A DNA stretch of 64,000 nucleotides from an uncultured Candidatus Saccharibacteria bacterium (GCA_964544225.1 CAZIZK010000001.1:271477-335476), one strand, 5' to 3'; numbered from the stretch's first letter, positions 10,157-20,369 are shown. A program made the numbers and translations. Notes: generated by a model not told the origin, from the sequence alone.

Positions 10157-11431
10157 ATGAATAAAGTTTTAAAGGAAAATTCTTTCTCGCGCAATATTAG
10201 CGTTGGTTGGTTCTTGGCCAAGCGCGATATTCGTCGTGCCAATACATGGACTACGATACTGATCGTTGCAGTGATGACATTTACTTTTCTGAACTTAGTG
10301 GTTGTGTCGGGGATATTGATAGGACTTATCCAGGGGTCCGAAGATGCCCAGAAGCGCTATGCAATAGGGGACATAGTTATATCATCATTCTTGAATCGCT
10401 CATATATCGAGCAGACTCCACAAGTGGTAGATGTAGTGAAGACTATTCCAGGGTACAAGAACCATACAGTTCGCTATGGAGGCTCAGCTTTTGTGCAGAG
10501 TGATTATAGAAGTACCATAAAGCCGGGGGAGACACGCAATGGTGCCAATGGATCGCTCTTAGGTATAGACCCAATACAAGAGGAAAAATTTTCTGGAGTT
10601 TCCAAGTTCGTAATTCGTGGTAGTTACCTGCGCCCCGAAGACCAAGACAGCATACTGATAGGCAAGAACTTGTTATACGAATTTACTCCTATCGAGGCCC
10701 CAGGTTTTCAAACACTGAAGAATGTAGAGGTTGGATCTCGGATCAAGATATCTGTGGGCGATGTATCAAAGGAATATTTTGTAAAAGGTATTATATCTAG
10801 CAAGGTGGACGAGTTCGACACATCTATTGTGGCACTCGATTCAGAAGTTCGTAAACTCACAGGCCGTGGCGACTTGAATGCTAGCACCATAGCTATCCAA
10901 TTATTGCCTGGCACCGATCTTGCCTTTGCAAAGAACTTCCTGATCAATAATGATGTGGATAAATACGCTCGTGTACAAACAGCCGAGGAGGCCTTCCCTA
11001 AATTCCTAAAGGATATAAAGAACACTTTTGGAATATTGGGTAACGCTATTTCAGGTATTGGCCTGGTTGTTGCATCTATCACAATATTTATCGTTATATT
11101 TGTGAACGCTATTACCCGTCGCCGATACATAGGTATATTGAAGGGTATAGGTATTAATAGGAAGGCCATACTTTATTCATACGTTTACCAGGCTGTGATA
11201 TATGCATTACTCGGTGTAGCTATCGGCATGATACTTGTCTTTGGATTTATCAAGCCATACTTTGTAACCAACCCTATTAACTTCCCATTTTCTGACGGTA
11301 TACTAGTGGCTACACTTTCTGGTACGTTGTGGCGTGGGTTGATACTACTGATTACTACCATGATCGCTGGATTCATCCCCGCAAAGATAGTTATAAAGCA
11401 GAACACATTAAGTGCAATATTAGGAAGATAA
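10157..11431 (+). CDS. ABC transporter permease, MacB/FtsX family
   Basis: One TM, a large extracytoplasmic domain, three TMs; RRRYIGILKGIG motif. Confidence 0.9.
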   Translation: MNKVLKENSFSRNISVGWFLAKRDIRRANTWTTILIVAVMTFTFLNLVVVSGILIGLIQGSEDAQKRYAIGDIVISSFLNRSYIEQTPQVVDVVKTIPGYKNHTVRYGGSAFVQSDYRSTIKPGETRNGANGSLLGIDPIQEEKFSGVSKFVIRGSYLRPEDQDSILIGKNLLYEFTPIEAPGFQTLKNVEVGSRIKISVGDVSKEYFVKGIISSKVDEFDTSIVALDSEVRKLTGRGDLNASTIAIQLLPGTDLAFAKNFLINNDVDKYARVQTAEEAFPKFLKDIKNTFGILGNAISGIGLVVASITIFIVIFVNAITRRRYIGILKGIGINRKAILYSYVYQAVIYALLGVAIGMILVFGFIKPYFVTNPINFPFSDGILVATLSGTLWRGLILLITTMIAGFIPAKIVIKQNTLSAILGR

Positions 11432-11438
11432 AATATTT

Positions 11439-12116
11439 ATGATAGAAGTAAAAAATTTAACTAAAAAGTTTCAGAATGGTGATCAACTAATTGTTGCTTT
11501 GAATAATGTTAGCTTTTCTGTACCAGAAGGGCAGTTCCTAACAGTGTCTGGTAAATCAGGATCTGGTAAGTCTACATTGCTTTATCAGATGGGTCTACTG
11601 GACATGCCATCTGGTGGGCAAGTTTTAATAGACGGAACTGACTTTGTACAAATGCCCGAGAACGACAGGACTCTGACACGCCTAAATGACTTGGGTTATA
11701 TATTCCAAGACTATGCGATACTACCATCATTAACCGCACTGGAAAATACGGTATTACCACTTCTAATGCAAGGTTACGATATAAAAGAGGCCGAGGAGAA
11801 GGCAACGCAGGCATTGGTAAAGCTCGGTATTTCTGACCGTATGAACAACCTACCTAGCCAGCTTTCTGGTGGCCAACAACAGCGTGTGTCTATTGCCCGT
11901 GCCATAGCCCATAACCCAAAGATAATCTTTGCCGACGAACCCACAGCGAACCTGGACTCGGAAACTTCCGAGCAGGTTATCCAAGCCTTCCTGGCACTCA
12001 ATAAAGAAGGGCAGACTATCATCATGGTGACTCACGAACCCGAGTATGCAAAGCTTGCTCACCGCACCATATTCATGACCGACGGTGCTATAACAAGTGA
12101 CATAATGAACAAATAA
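11439..12116 (+). CDS. ABC transporter ATP-binding protein (LolD/MacB-like)
   Basis: GKSGSGKS, LSGGQQQR, ADEPT, VTH. Confidence 0.95.
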   Translation: MIEVKNLTKKFQNGDQLIVALNNVSFSVPEGQFLTVSGKSGSGKSTLLYQMGLLDMPSGGQVLIDGTDFVQMPENDRTLTRLNDLGYIFQDYAILPSLTALENTVLPLLMQGYDIKEAEEKATQALVKLGISDRMNNLPSQLSGGQQQRVSIARAIAHNPKIIFADEPTANLDSETSEQVIQAFLALNKEGQTIIMVTHEPEYAKLAHRTIFMTDGAITSDIMNK

Positions 12117-12148
12117 AAATCCCCATTCCATTTCTAGAAGGGGATTTT
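12116..12148. terminator. Bidirectional terminator between convergent genes
   Basis: AAAATCCCC...GGGGATTTT inverted repeat. Confidence 0.6.
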
Positions 12149-12170
12149 GAATATTGTTTACAAGGCCTAA

Positions 12171-13541
12171 CTACGACCGATTGAATTCCAATCGCATTCC
12201 AGACTTGTCGGTGGTAATTCCACCATCTTTTTTGTTGTCATAAACCATTTCACCATTTACCCAGGTTTTTAAAACCTTTGCAGATAACTGAGTGTTATAA
12301 AGAGGGCTCCAGGCACATTTGTATAGGATGTTTTCCGAAGAAACTCTCCATGACTCTTTCATGTCCACTAAAACCAAGTCTGCCCAGTATCCCTCAGTAA
12401 TGTATCCACGATCTTTGACCTGGAAACATATAGCAGGATTGTGACACATCTTCTGTACAACTTCTTGAAGTTTTATTTCACCAAGGTTTGCTAAATGTAA
12501 CATTACCGGTAGGGTATGCTGTACAAGCGGTGCACCAGATGGACTTGCGTAACCCATCTGTTTTTCTTCCCACGTGTGTGGGGCATGGTCGCTGGCTATC
12601 ACATCTATGTAATCCTGCCTCACTGCTTGCATAAGCAATTTTCTTCCAAAGTTATCCAATTTTACTGCAGGGTTCCATTTTATCAGTGTTTCCAAACGGT
12701 CATAATCTTCTACTGTGAAATACAGATGGTGAACGCAGGCTTCTGCTGTAATACGCTTATCTTTTAAAGGGATATCGTTTTTAAACAAACTGTAAGCTTC
12801 TTCTGTGGAAGAAATATGTAATACATGCAATCTTGTATTAAACTTCTTTGCAAGATGGGTTGCGAATTTGGATGACAGATAGCATGCTTCTGTACTCCTA
12901 ATTATTGGATGCATTTGCACGGGAATGTTTTCTATCATAAAGAATTCTTTTAATACCTTTTCCGTATTCCTTTTAATAGTAGCTTCGTCCTCGCAATGTG
13001 TGGCGATGAGCATAGGGGAGTTTGCAAAAATGTTTTCCAATGTTTGAGGGCTGTCTACTAGCATGTTACCTGTAGATGAACCCATAAATATTTTCAAACC
13101 ACACACATCATGCATGTGTTCATTTGCTACACGTAGTGCAAGATCTGCATTGTCGTTGCTTACTCCCATATAGAATGAGTAATTTGCCACAGAATTCCTA
13201 GAAGCAATTGCATATTTTTCTTCAAGCAGTGCTTCTGTTAAGGTTTGTGGAACTGTGTTTGGCATTTCCATAAATGAGGTGACTCCACCGGCAACTGCTG
13301 CCCGGCTTTCTGTGTAGATATCTGCTTTGTTGGTAAGACCTGGTTCACGAAAGTGAACTTGATCATCAATTACTCCAGGAAGGAGGTACTTACCCTTGCA
13401 ATCAATTATCTTAACTGATTTAGGTACTTCTTCTGAAGATTGCATTAATTTTGCAATTCTTCCATTTTCGATTAGCAAGGAACCTTCGAAGATTCCATTT
13501 CCGTTTACAATGCGTGCATTGATCAATAAAATTTTGTTCAT
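12171..13541 (-). CDS. pyrC: Dihydroorotase
   Basis: PGVIDDQVHFREPG, EMPNT, GLKIFMGSSTG, HCED, KWNP, SDHAPH; start could alternatively be 13571. Confidence 0.9.
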   Translation of the reverse strand: MNKILLINARIVNGNGIFEGSLLIENGRIAKLMQSSEEVPKSVKIIDCKGKYLLPGVIDDQVHFREPGLTNKADIYTESRAAVAGGVTSFMEMPNTVPQTLTEALLEEKYAIASRNSVANYSFYMGVSNDNADLALRVANEHMHDVCGLKIFMGSSTGNMLVDSPQTLENIFANSPMLIATHCEDEATIKRNTEKVLKEFFMIENIPVQMHPIIRSTEACYLSSKFATHLAKKFNTRLHVLHISSTEEAYSLFKNDIPLKDKRITAEACVHHLYFTVEDYDRLETLIKWNPAVKLDNFGRKLLMQAVRQDYIDVIASDHAPHTWEEKQMGYASPSGAPLVQHTLPVMLHLANLGEIKLQEVVQKMCHNPAICFQVKDRGYITEGYWADLVLVDMKESWRVSSENILYKCAWSPLYNTQLSAKVLKTWVNGEMVYDNKKDGGITTDKSGMRLEFNRS

Positions 13542-13654
13542 GGTTTGGTTTTTAATTTTGTTTGTGCTCATATTAGGTCTTTTTAGACTAAAATGCAAGG
13601 GGATTGTATGTTTGTCAAATACCTGCTAAACTTCGGAAAAACAAATAAATAGTT

Positions 13655-14707
13655 ATGGAAAAGACACAAAACCACTTCGTTTCGCCGGTGATAGCATCAT
13701 CTGGCATGATGGGTTTCTTTGGTGAGGGGTATCCTTATCACAAGTACCTATACCCATTTAAATTAGCATTTAGATTGATCACCTTTCAGTCCAAGACCGC
13801 AACTGCTGATATTGATGGCAGGCTAGGTAATATGGATATGGAAGAAGATTGGCTTACGCCAAAAAACTTCCAACCTAATTGTATTAGTGCAGATCTTTGG
13901 CATGCCGTTGGAGTAAACAATATTTCCCTGACCAACATGGGTCTGAAAAAACTTTTGGAAAAAGATATCTGGCAAAGTATGGAAGGCGAGGTTCACATAT
14001 CCATTACGCTTCTTGGCAAAACTTTGGAAGAAAGAATGGAGGAAGCTCATTTTATCGCAAAGTGTTTTATGGATGAAATTAAAAAAGGAGGTTTCAAGAA
14101 AGCCAAAGTGTTCCTGCATTGGAATATTTCGTGCCCAAACACTGGGCATGATGCACAGCAGGATTTTTTGGAAAGCTTTCATGATGAGTATCTGATGCTC
14201 GCCCAGATAGGGTGGCCTATCATGTTGAAAGTGGGGTGGCAGTTTCCATTTGAAGTTGCAAGGGAGATTCAAAAACTAGATAGAATATATGGCTTTGTTG
14301 CTATAAATACTATCCCTTTTGATGAATTACCTGAAGAGGATAAGGAGAAATATTTCAAAAGCAAACGTAAAGTTTTAGCTATTGATAAATATCGTGACTC
14401 GTATATAAAAAGGGAGTATGTGTCTCCATTAGATAAACACCAAAACTCCTTTCGTGTAAAAGGTCGCGGTGGTGTATCTGGCAGGCCTATCCGTAAATAC
14501 GCACTTGAATGGATCAAAACTGCACGAAAATGTGGAATTACAAAGCCAATCGTTGGTGGTGGTGGCATCCTTAATCTGTACAATGTATGGCAGTTTAAAA
14601 AGGCTGGTGCGACAGCAATTAGCCCAGGGTCCATAACATTTTTACGACCATGGAATCTACTATTAGTTGTTCTAACTGCAAAGTTTTTGTTCCGTAAGGG
14701 ACATTAA
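13655..14707 (+). CDS. pyrD: Divergent dihydroorotate dehydrogenase (family 1-like)
   Basis: NISCPN catalytic Cys loop, INT, GGVSGRPI, IVGGGGI, AGATAI; divergent from pyrC. Confidence 0.8.
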   Translation: MEKTQNHFVSPVIASSGMMGFFGEGYPYHKYLYPFKLAFRLITFQSKTATADIDGRLGNMDMEEDWLTPKNFQPNCISADLWHAVGVNNISLTNMGLKKLLEKDIWQSMEGEVHISITLLGKTLEERMEEAHFIAKCFMDEIKKGGFKKAKVFLHWNISCPNTGHDAQQDFLESFHDEYLMLAQIGWPIMLKVGWQFPFEVAREIQKLDRIYGFVAINTIPFDELPEEDKEKYFKSKRKVLAIDKYRDSYIKREYVSPLDKHQNSFRVKGRGGVSGRPIRKYALEWIKTARKCGITKPIVGGGGILNLYNVWQFKKAGATAISPGSITFLRPWNLLLVVLTAKFLFRKGH

Positions 14708-14731
14708 TTTAAATTTTAAAAATTGATTTTC

Positions 14732-14760
14732 AAAAGGCTCAGGAAACTGGGCCTTTTATT
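14732..14760 (+). terminator. Intrinsic terminator
   Basis: AAAAGGCTCAG-GAAA-CTGGGCCTTTT followed by T-rich sequence. Confidence 0.7.
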
Positions 14761-14828
14761 TATGGTATAATAGACCTACAAGACAACATTATTAGTAATA
14801 AAATGGCGATTGGTTCGTCAATAACAAT

Positions 14829-15623
14829 ATGGAAACACTTACAACAAATAAGAAATTTATAAAGGTATGTACAATACTAGGCGGATTGCTCGCTTTGTTT
14901 GTACTAATATTAATAATCAATGGGTTAAAGGAAAGTCGCTATATAGGCCATGGTCAGGGTGGGGTAAACACTATCACTGTATCTGCCGATGCTGACATAA
15001 CTGCTGTACCAGATATTGCTGTAATAACAGTAAATCTAGAGAAAGAGGGCAAGACTTCAAAGGAGGCAAGTGCAAGCTTGAATACTTTGATCACAAAGAC
15101 TATGGATTATTTAAAATCTCAAAAGATCGAGGACAAGGATATAAAGAGTGAATACGGTGGAGTAACACCAAAATATGATTATGGTCAGGCACCTTGTTTG
15201 GTTGGTTACCCATGTCCTACTAAGTCACCAAGTATAGTAGGGTACACAGCAACACAATCTATCACTATAAAGGTTCGTGTCGCTGACAATGCAAACGAAG
15301 TTCGCACAGGTTTGTCTGGTGTTGGTATCACCAATATTTCTGGACCTACATTCTCTATCGATGATGAGGATATGCTAAAGGATCAGGCTCGTGCAAAGGC
15401 TATAGTAAATGCCAGGGAGAAGGCGGAAGTATTAGCAAAGCAACTAGGTGTGCACTTAGGCAATGTTGTTAGCTTCTCTGAAAACTCTGGAGGCTACCCT
15501 ATGATGTATGCCACAAAGGCTATGGATGGCGGTGTTTCAGCTATGGCAGAACGTGCACCAGAATTACCAAAGGGCGAGAATAAGATCACTTCAAACGTAA
15601 CTATTACTTACGAAATACGCTAG
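14829..15623 (+). CDS. SIMPL (DUF541) domain protein
   Basis: N-terminal TM, TITVS..PDIA, AREKAEVLAKQLGV.LG. Confidence 0.9.
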   Translation: METLTTNKKFIKVCTILGGLLALFVLILIINGLKESRYIGHGQGGVNTITVSADADITAVPDIAVITVNLEKEGKTSKEASASLNTLITKTMDYLKSQKIEDKDIKSEYGGVTPKYDYGQAPCLVGYPCPTKSPSIVGYTATQSITIKVRVADNANEVRTGLSGVGITNISGPTFSIDDEDMLKDQARAKAIVNAREKAEVLAKQLGVHLGNVVSFSENSGGYPMMYATKAMDGGVSAMAERAPELPKGENKITSNVTITYEIR

Positions 15624-15632
15624 ATCAGTCAC

Positions 15633-15662
15633 AAGTTACCCCGCCTACGGCGGGGTTGACTT
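15633..15662 (+). terminator. Putative terminator hairpin
   Basis: ACCCCGCC-TAC-GGCGGGGT stem. Confidence 0.55.
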
Positions 15663-15729
15663 ATGGGTGATATTTGGGTAGTATATCTATATATACGCCC
15701 GCAGGGTGTTTTTTAATATAAACAAACAT

Positions 15730-15915
15730 ATGAGTAAAACAATAGAATTTCTAAAGGAGACAAAGGCCGAAATGAGTAATGTGAAGTGGCCATCAAAGAA
15801 ACAATCAATCACTTCTACAGTGGCTGTTATTGCTATATCTGTTATTGTTTCTTATTTTCTTGGCTTTTTTGACTTTATATTCAAGACAGGTTTGGAACGT
15901 TTACTTACTAAATAA
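15730..15915 (+). CDS. secE: Preprotein translocase subunit SecE
   Basis: FLKETKAEMSNVKWP plus a single TM; upstream of nusG. Confidence 0.93.
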   Translation: MSKTIEFLKETKAEMSNVKWPSKKQSITSTVAVIAISVIVSYFLGFFDFIFKTGLERLLTK

Positions 15916-15931
15916 CCCAAATTAATTTTAT

Positions 15932-16477
15932 ATGGCAAAACAAGAATTAAGAGGCGAGAGGAATTGGTACGCAATACACACATATGCAGGGTATGAAAAT
16001 GCGGTTCTTCGTAATCTTCGTCAACGTATCGATAGCCTAGGTATGAACGACAAGATATTCAATGTTATCGTTCCTACAGAAAAGAAGATCAAGATCAAGG
16101 GTAACAAGAGGGTAGAGGTAGAGGAAAAGGTGTACCCAGGTTATATCCTCGTAGACATGATAGTGGACGACAACTCTTGGTATGTAGTTCGTAACACACC
16201 TCGTGTTACAGGGTTCGTAGGTGCAGGTGTTAACCCAGTGCCACTAAACAAGCAGGAGGTAGACGACCTATTTGGCCGTATGGAGGGCAATGAAGCAAAG
16301 CATCAGATCGATCTTGTTATAGAGGAAATAGTTCGTATCAACGATGGCCCATTCAAGGACTTGGAAGGCAAGGTATCAGAGATAGATCAGGATCGTGGTA
16401 AGGTAAAAGTATTGGTATCAATGTTCGGACGCGAGACACCAGTAGAGCTTGATTTCCTTCAGATACGCAAGATGTAA
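15932..16477 (+). CDS. nusG: Transcription factor NusG
   Basis: WYAIHTYAGYE, YPGYI, KOW motif, FGRETPVEL. Confidence 0.97.
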   Translation: MAKQELRGERNWYAIHTYAGYENAVLRNLRQRIDSLGMNDKIFNVIVPTEKKIKIKGNKRVEVEEKVYPGYILVDMIVDDNSWYVVRNTPRVTGFVGAGVNPVPLNKQEVDDLFGRMEGNEAKHQIDLVIEEIVRINDGPFKDLEGKVSEIDQDRGKVKVLVSMFGRETPVELDFLQIRKM

Positions 16478-16560
16478 ATACCGGACTACCCACTTATAAG
16501 CTTCTCATTAAGTTGGTAGATTGATAAAGTAAAATTATAATTTAAATTTTTAAAAAATAT

Positions 16561-16986
16561 ATGGCAAAGAAAGTAATAAAGAAAGTAAAACTTCAGATCC
16601 AGGCCGCAAAGGCAACTCCTGCGCCACCACTAGGTCCAGCACTCGGTCAGGCAGGTGTGAACATCGCAGAATTCTGTCAGAAGTTCAACGCAGCCACAGC
16701 TGACATGGCAGGTGACAAGGTAGGTGTACAGATATTCGTTTACGAAGATCGTACTTATGACTTCGTAGTGAAGACTCCACCAGTAGCAGGCCTAATATTC
16801 AAAGCAGCAGGTATCGAGAAGGGTTCAGGCAAGCCAAACACTTCAAAGGCAGGTAAGATAACAAAGGCACAAGTACGTGCTATAGCCGAGAAGAAGATGC
16901 CCGACTTGAACGCAAAGAACATCGAAGGCGCAATGAAGATCATCGAAGGTTCAGCCCGCTCAGCAGGTATTACAGTAGTAGAATAG
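16561..16986 (+). CDS. rplK: 50S ribosomal protein L11
   Basis: [24 protein letters not shown]. Confidence 0.98.
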   Translation: MAKKVIKKVKLQIQAAKATPAPPLGPALGQAGVNIAEFCQKFNAATADMAGDKVGVQIFVYEDRTYDFVVKTPPVAGLIFKAAGIEKGSGKPNTSKAGKITKAQVRAIAEKKMPDLNAKNIEGAMKIIEGSARSAGITVVE

Positions 16987-16993
16987 TTTACAT

Positions 16994-17031
16994 AAAAATA
17001 AAATCCCGACATTGTGTCGGGATTTTATTTT
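16994..17031. terminator. Bidirectional terminator between rplK and lysA
   Basis: AAAATAAAATCCCGACA/TGTCGGGATTTTATTTT perfect inverted repeat. Confidence 0.85.
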
Positions 17032-17032
17032 G

Positions 17033-18268
17033 TTAGAATTTTAATGTAGCAAAGTAGTCATCTAGCGTTTCTGCTCGTCGGATTAATTTAATCTCCTTAT
17101 TTTCTTTTAGAAGAATTTCAGCACTGCGTAATGTTGCATTATAGTTAAATCCCATCGAATGGCCATGAGCTCCTGTATCATGTATCACTACAATGTCACC
17201 GATTTCTATTTTTGGTAGGGGCCGATTAATCGCAAATTTGTCATTGTTTTCACACAGTGACCCTGTTACATCATATGTTTCTGTATGAGGTATGTCTTCT
17301 TTACCAAGAACTGTTATATGGTGATATGATCCATACATACCAGGGCGCATTAGGTTTGCCATAGTAGCATCAAGTCCAACATACTTTTTATAAATATCTT
17401 TTTTGTGTATAACAGTACTTATTAGGTATCCATGTGGGCCTGTAATATACCGGCCACACTCCATAAATAGTGCGAGTGGTGGTAGACCACTTCCAATTAT
17501 TTTTTCTTCATAGATATTTTTAATACCTTGGGCCAATTTATCAATATCTATTTCCTCCTCGTCTGGCTGATAGGGGATACCAATACCACCCCCGAGGTTT
17601 ATAAATTCAAAATTTATTCCTACACTTTTGCTTATTTCGGAAGCCAGGTCGAAAATCATCTCGGCTGTTTTCAAGAAATACTTTTCATTTAATTCATTTG
17701 ATGCCACCATTGCATGAAGTCCAAATCTTTTTACACCCTTTTCCTTCATTGTTTTGTATGCTAAAAATATTTGGTCTTTTGTAAGGCCAAATTTTGCTTC
17801 CTTTGGTTCACCTATGATTGTATTGCCATGTCTCTCTTCACCAGGGTTGTATCTAAAGGAAATAATATCTGGAATTCCTGCATTTATTTCCAGATATTCT
17901 ATATGTGAAATATCATCTAGGTTTATTATTGCCCCAAGTTCTTTTGCCTTTTGGTATTCTTCTTTAGGAGTGTTATTCGAGGTAAACATAATGTTTTTAC
18001 CTAATACTCCCACTTTTTCTGCAAGCACTAATTCACCCATAGAGCTTGTGTCGAGCCCGCAACCTTCACTCTTTAAAATTTCTAATATATTCGGATTTGG
18101 TAATGCTTTGACGGCAAAATATTCCCGGAAACCTTCGTTCCAGGAAAACGCGTTCAATAATTTCTTAACAGTTTTTCGAATCCCAGCTTCATCATAAAGA
18201 TAAAACGGAGTTGGGTGTGTGGATATTATTTTTTCTATTTCTTTCTTTGTAAAAGGTAATTGTCTCAT
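17033..18268 (-). CDS. lysA: Diaminopimelate decarboxylase
   Basis: YFAVKA PLP lysine, KFG, NLGGG, ECGR, GSLCENND. Confidence 0.9.
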   Translation of the reverse strand: MRQLPFTKKEIEKIISTHPTPFYLYDEAGIRKTVKKLLNAFSWNEGFREYFAVKALPNPNILEILKSEGCGLDTSSMGELVLAEKVGVLGKNIMFTSNNTPKEEYQKAKELGAIINLDDISHIEYLEINAGIPDIISFRYNPGEERHGNTIIGEPKEAKFGLTKDQIFLAYKTMKEKGVKRFGLHAMVASNELNEKYFLKTAEMIFDLASEISKSVGINFEFINLGGGIGIPYQPDEEEIDIDKLAQGIKNIYEEKIIGSGLPPLALFMECGRYITGPHGYLISTVIHKKDIYKKYVGLDATMANLMRPGMYGSYHHITVLGKEDIPHTETYDVTGSLCENNDKFAINRPLPKIEIGDIVVIHDTGAHGHSMGFNYNATLRSAEILLKENKEIKLIRRAETLDDYFATLKF

Positions 18269-18804
18269 TAGAACTTATTTTTCCACATCATTGATTCTTT
18301 TGGCAGTGCTTCTTGGTGTGAATATTTTGCATTGTCCTTCTTGTGATATAGTCTTTCCACCTCACCATCTACAACATAATATATTACTTGGCCTATTGGC
18401 ATCCCAGCATAAACTCGTACGGGGATAGATGTAGATATTTCCAGTGTCCAGTATCCGCAGAAACCCACATCACCCTTACCAGCTGTGGCATGGATATCGA
18501 TACCTAGGCGTCCAGTAGAGGATTTACCCTCTAGGAACGGTACATGCTTGTGACTCTCGGTATATTCAAATGTAGAGCCCAGGTATAATTGACCTGGTTG
18601 CAATACAAAGCCTTCTTCAGGGATCTCAAAGTGTCTAACTTCATTGTGCTTCTTTGCATCGAGTTCTGTGTCTATGTATTGGGCTAGGTGTTTAGAAAGG
18701 TGTACATCGTATGAGTTGCCACCCATGTTGGAAATATCAAATGGCTCTATCTTTATCTCACCATTCTCCATGCACTCTAGTATCTTTTTGTCTGAAAGTA
18801 TCAT
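18268..18804 (-). CDS. dcd: dCTP deaminase
   Basis: MILSD, EGKSSTGRLG, AGKGDVGF.G..TLE. Confidence 0.93.
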   Translation of the reverse strand: MILSDKKILECMENGEIKIEPFDISNMGGNSYDVHLSKHLAQYIDTELDAKKHNEVRHFEIPEEGFVLQPGQLYLGSTFEYTESHKHVPFLEGKSSTGRLGIDIHATAGKGDVGFCGYWTLEISTSIPVRVYAGMPIGQVIYYVVDGEVERLYHKKDNAKYSHQEALPKESMMWKNKF

Positions 18805-18839
18805 AATTGTAATTGTACTTTTAAATTATTAATTTGCAA

Positions 18840-18909
18840 CCCCGTTAGAAGCCGCCCTCCTGAGTACAGGAGTGCACGGTCACCTAGGGGCGACCTGCTT
18901 CTAACGGGG
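18840..18909. repeat. REP-like palindromic element (copy 1) overlapping the folA 3' end
   Basis: 13-bp perfect terminal inverted repeat CCCCGTTAGAAGC/GCTTCTAACGGGG enclosing two small hairpins. Confidence 0.75.
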
Positions 18910-19423
18910 CAACCTTTTCATAAACTACAAATGAGTGGGGGAATTTGTTGAACTCGTCACTTTCATGACTTACTTTGGATACTTCCTTCCATTCAGGCCC
19001 TATAGTGGGGAAGTGGGCATCGGCTTCGAACTTTTGGTGTACATGAGTTATGTACAATCTGTTTGCTTTTTCTATTGCTTGTTTATATATTTCAGCACCA
19101 CCTATCACAAACACTTCTACCTCTTCCTGATTCTCTTCGAAGTTCCTACCATGTTCTAGAATTGCCAGGCGAAGTGCTTCATCGAGAGAGTTGGCTACTT
19201 CAATACCGTCTTTCATATATGTAACATCACGAGTGATTATTATGTTGCGTCTTTTTGGCAGTGGGCGCCCTATAGATTCGAAAGTCTTTCTACCCATTAT
19301 TACTGGGTGGCCGGCTGTAGTCTCGCGAAAGTGCTTCATGTCGCGTGGCAAGTCCCATAGTAGGGCATTACCCAACCCTATTTCATTATTTTCCCCAATG
19401 GCTGATATAAGTGAAAGTATCAT
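18884..19423 (-). CDS. folA: Dihydrofolate reductase
   Basis: IG.GN.L.W.LP.D, IMGRKTFESIGRPLP.R, IGGAEIY. Confidence 0.96.
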   Translation of the reverse strand: MILSLISAIGENNEIGLGNALLWDLPRDMKHFRETTAGHPVIMGRKTFESIGRPLPKRRNIIITRDVTYMKDGIEVANSLDEALRLAILEHGRNFEENQEEVEVFVIGGAEIYKQAIEKANRLYITHVHQKFEADAHFPTIGPEWKEVSKVSHESDEFNKFPHSFVVYEKVAPLEAGRP

Positions 19424-19427
19424 ATGT

Positions 19428-20369
19428 TTATACTGCGATAGGTGCTTTGATTGAGTCGTGGGGGTTGTAGTCTACAAGTTCAAAGTCGTCGATAGTAAAG
19501 TCCTCGATGTTTTTAATATTTGGGTTTATCTTTAATGTTGGAAGAGGGCGGATATCGGAACGGCGTGATAGTTGGAGGTTGGCTTGGTCGAGGTGGTTCT
19601 TGTACAAGTGCACATCGCCACCTGTCCATACGAACTCACCAGGTTGTAACCCAGTTACTTGCGCTACCATCATGATCAGTGCCGAGTATGATGCAATATT
19701 GAACGGAACTCCTAGGAATGTATCACAAGAACGCTGATATAGCTGGCAAGAAAGTTTGCCATCGGCTACATAGAATTGGAATAGGCAGTGGCAAGGGGGA
19801 AGGCCTGCTTTTGCCATCTCATCTATGTCTGCAACATTCCAAGCCGACACTATCATACGGCGTGAGTCGGGATTATTTTTTATTTGTTCGATCACACCCT
19901 TTATCTGGTCAATATGGCCACCATTTGGTGTAGGCCAGTTGCGCCACTGGTATCCGTATATTGGACCCAAGTTACCATAATCTTTTGCGAATGCGTCATC
20001 ACTTTTTATCTTCTCTATGAATTCTTTTATTCCATTATTCCATTCCTCGCTACCTGTTGCAGGTACAGAGATATTGTTCCTCTGTAGGTATGCTTTATAT
20101 GGCCATTCATCCCAGATATGGACATTGTTGTCGGCTAGATATTTCAAATTGCTATCGCCACGTACGAACCAAATTAGCTCATGAAGGATTGCTTTCATAG
20201 GGACCTTTTTAGTTGTGAGTAGGGGAAAGCCTTTTGAAAGATCAAAACGCATTTGGTGGCCGAGGAGTGAAAGGGTGCCAGTACCTGTACGATCACTCTT
20301 TACATTACCTTCGCGCATAATACGCTCTATTAAATCCAAGTAAACATTGTCTGCATGTGTTTTATCCAT
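19428..20369 (-). CDS. thyA: Thymidylate synthase
   Basis: [31 protein letters not shown]. Confidence 0.98.
   Translation of the reverse strand: MDKTHADNVYLDLIERIMREGNVKSDRTGTGTLSLLGHQMRFDLSKGFPLLTTKKVPMKAILHELIWFVRGDSNLKYLADNNVHIWDEWPYKAYLQRNNISVPATGSEEWNNGIKEFIEKIKSDDAFAKDYGNLGPIYGYQWRNWPTPNGGHIDQIKGVIEQIKNNPDSRRMIVSAWNVADIDEMAKAGLPPCHCLFQFYVADGKLSCQLYQRSCDTFLGVPFNIASYSALIMMVAQVTGLQPGEFVWTGGDVHLYKNHLDQANLQLSRRSDIRPLPTLKINPNIKNIEDFTIDDFELVDYNPHDSIKAPIAV

Noticed and set aside
14805-14826. GGCGATTGGTTCGTCAATAAC resembles the 5' half of a fluoride riboswitch
   Set aside because: The 3' pseudoknot strand and the GCTRATGAC-like segment are missing, and the downstream gene is a SIMPL protein rather than a fluoride exporter.
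15624-15729. Expected tRNA-Trp upstream of secE
   Set aside because: No cloverleaf or GTTCRA T-loop; there is only a terminator hairpin and a promoter.
16480-16560. L1-binding leader before rplK
   Set aside because: A hairpin (CTACC...GGTAG) is present but lacks the L1-site consensus, and rplA does not follow.
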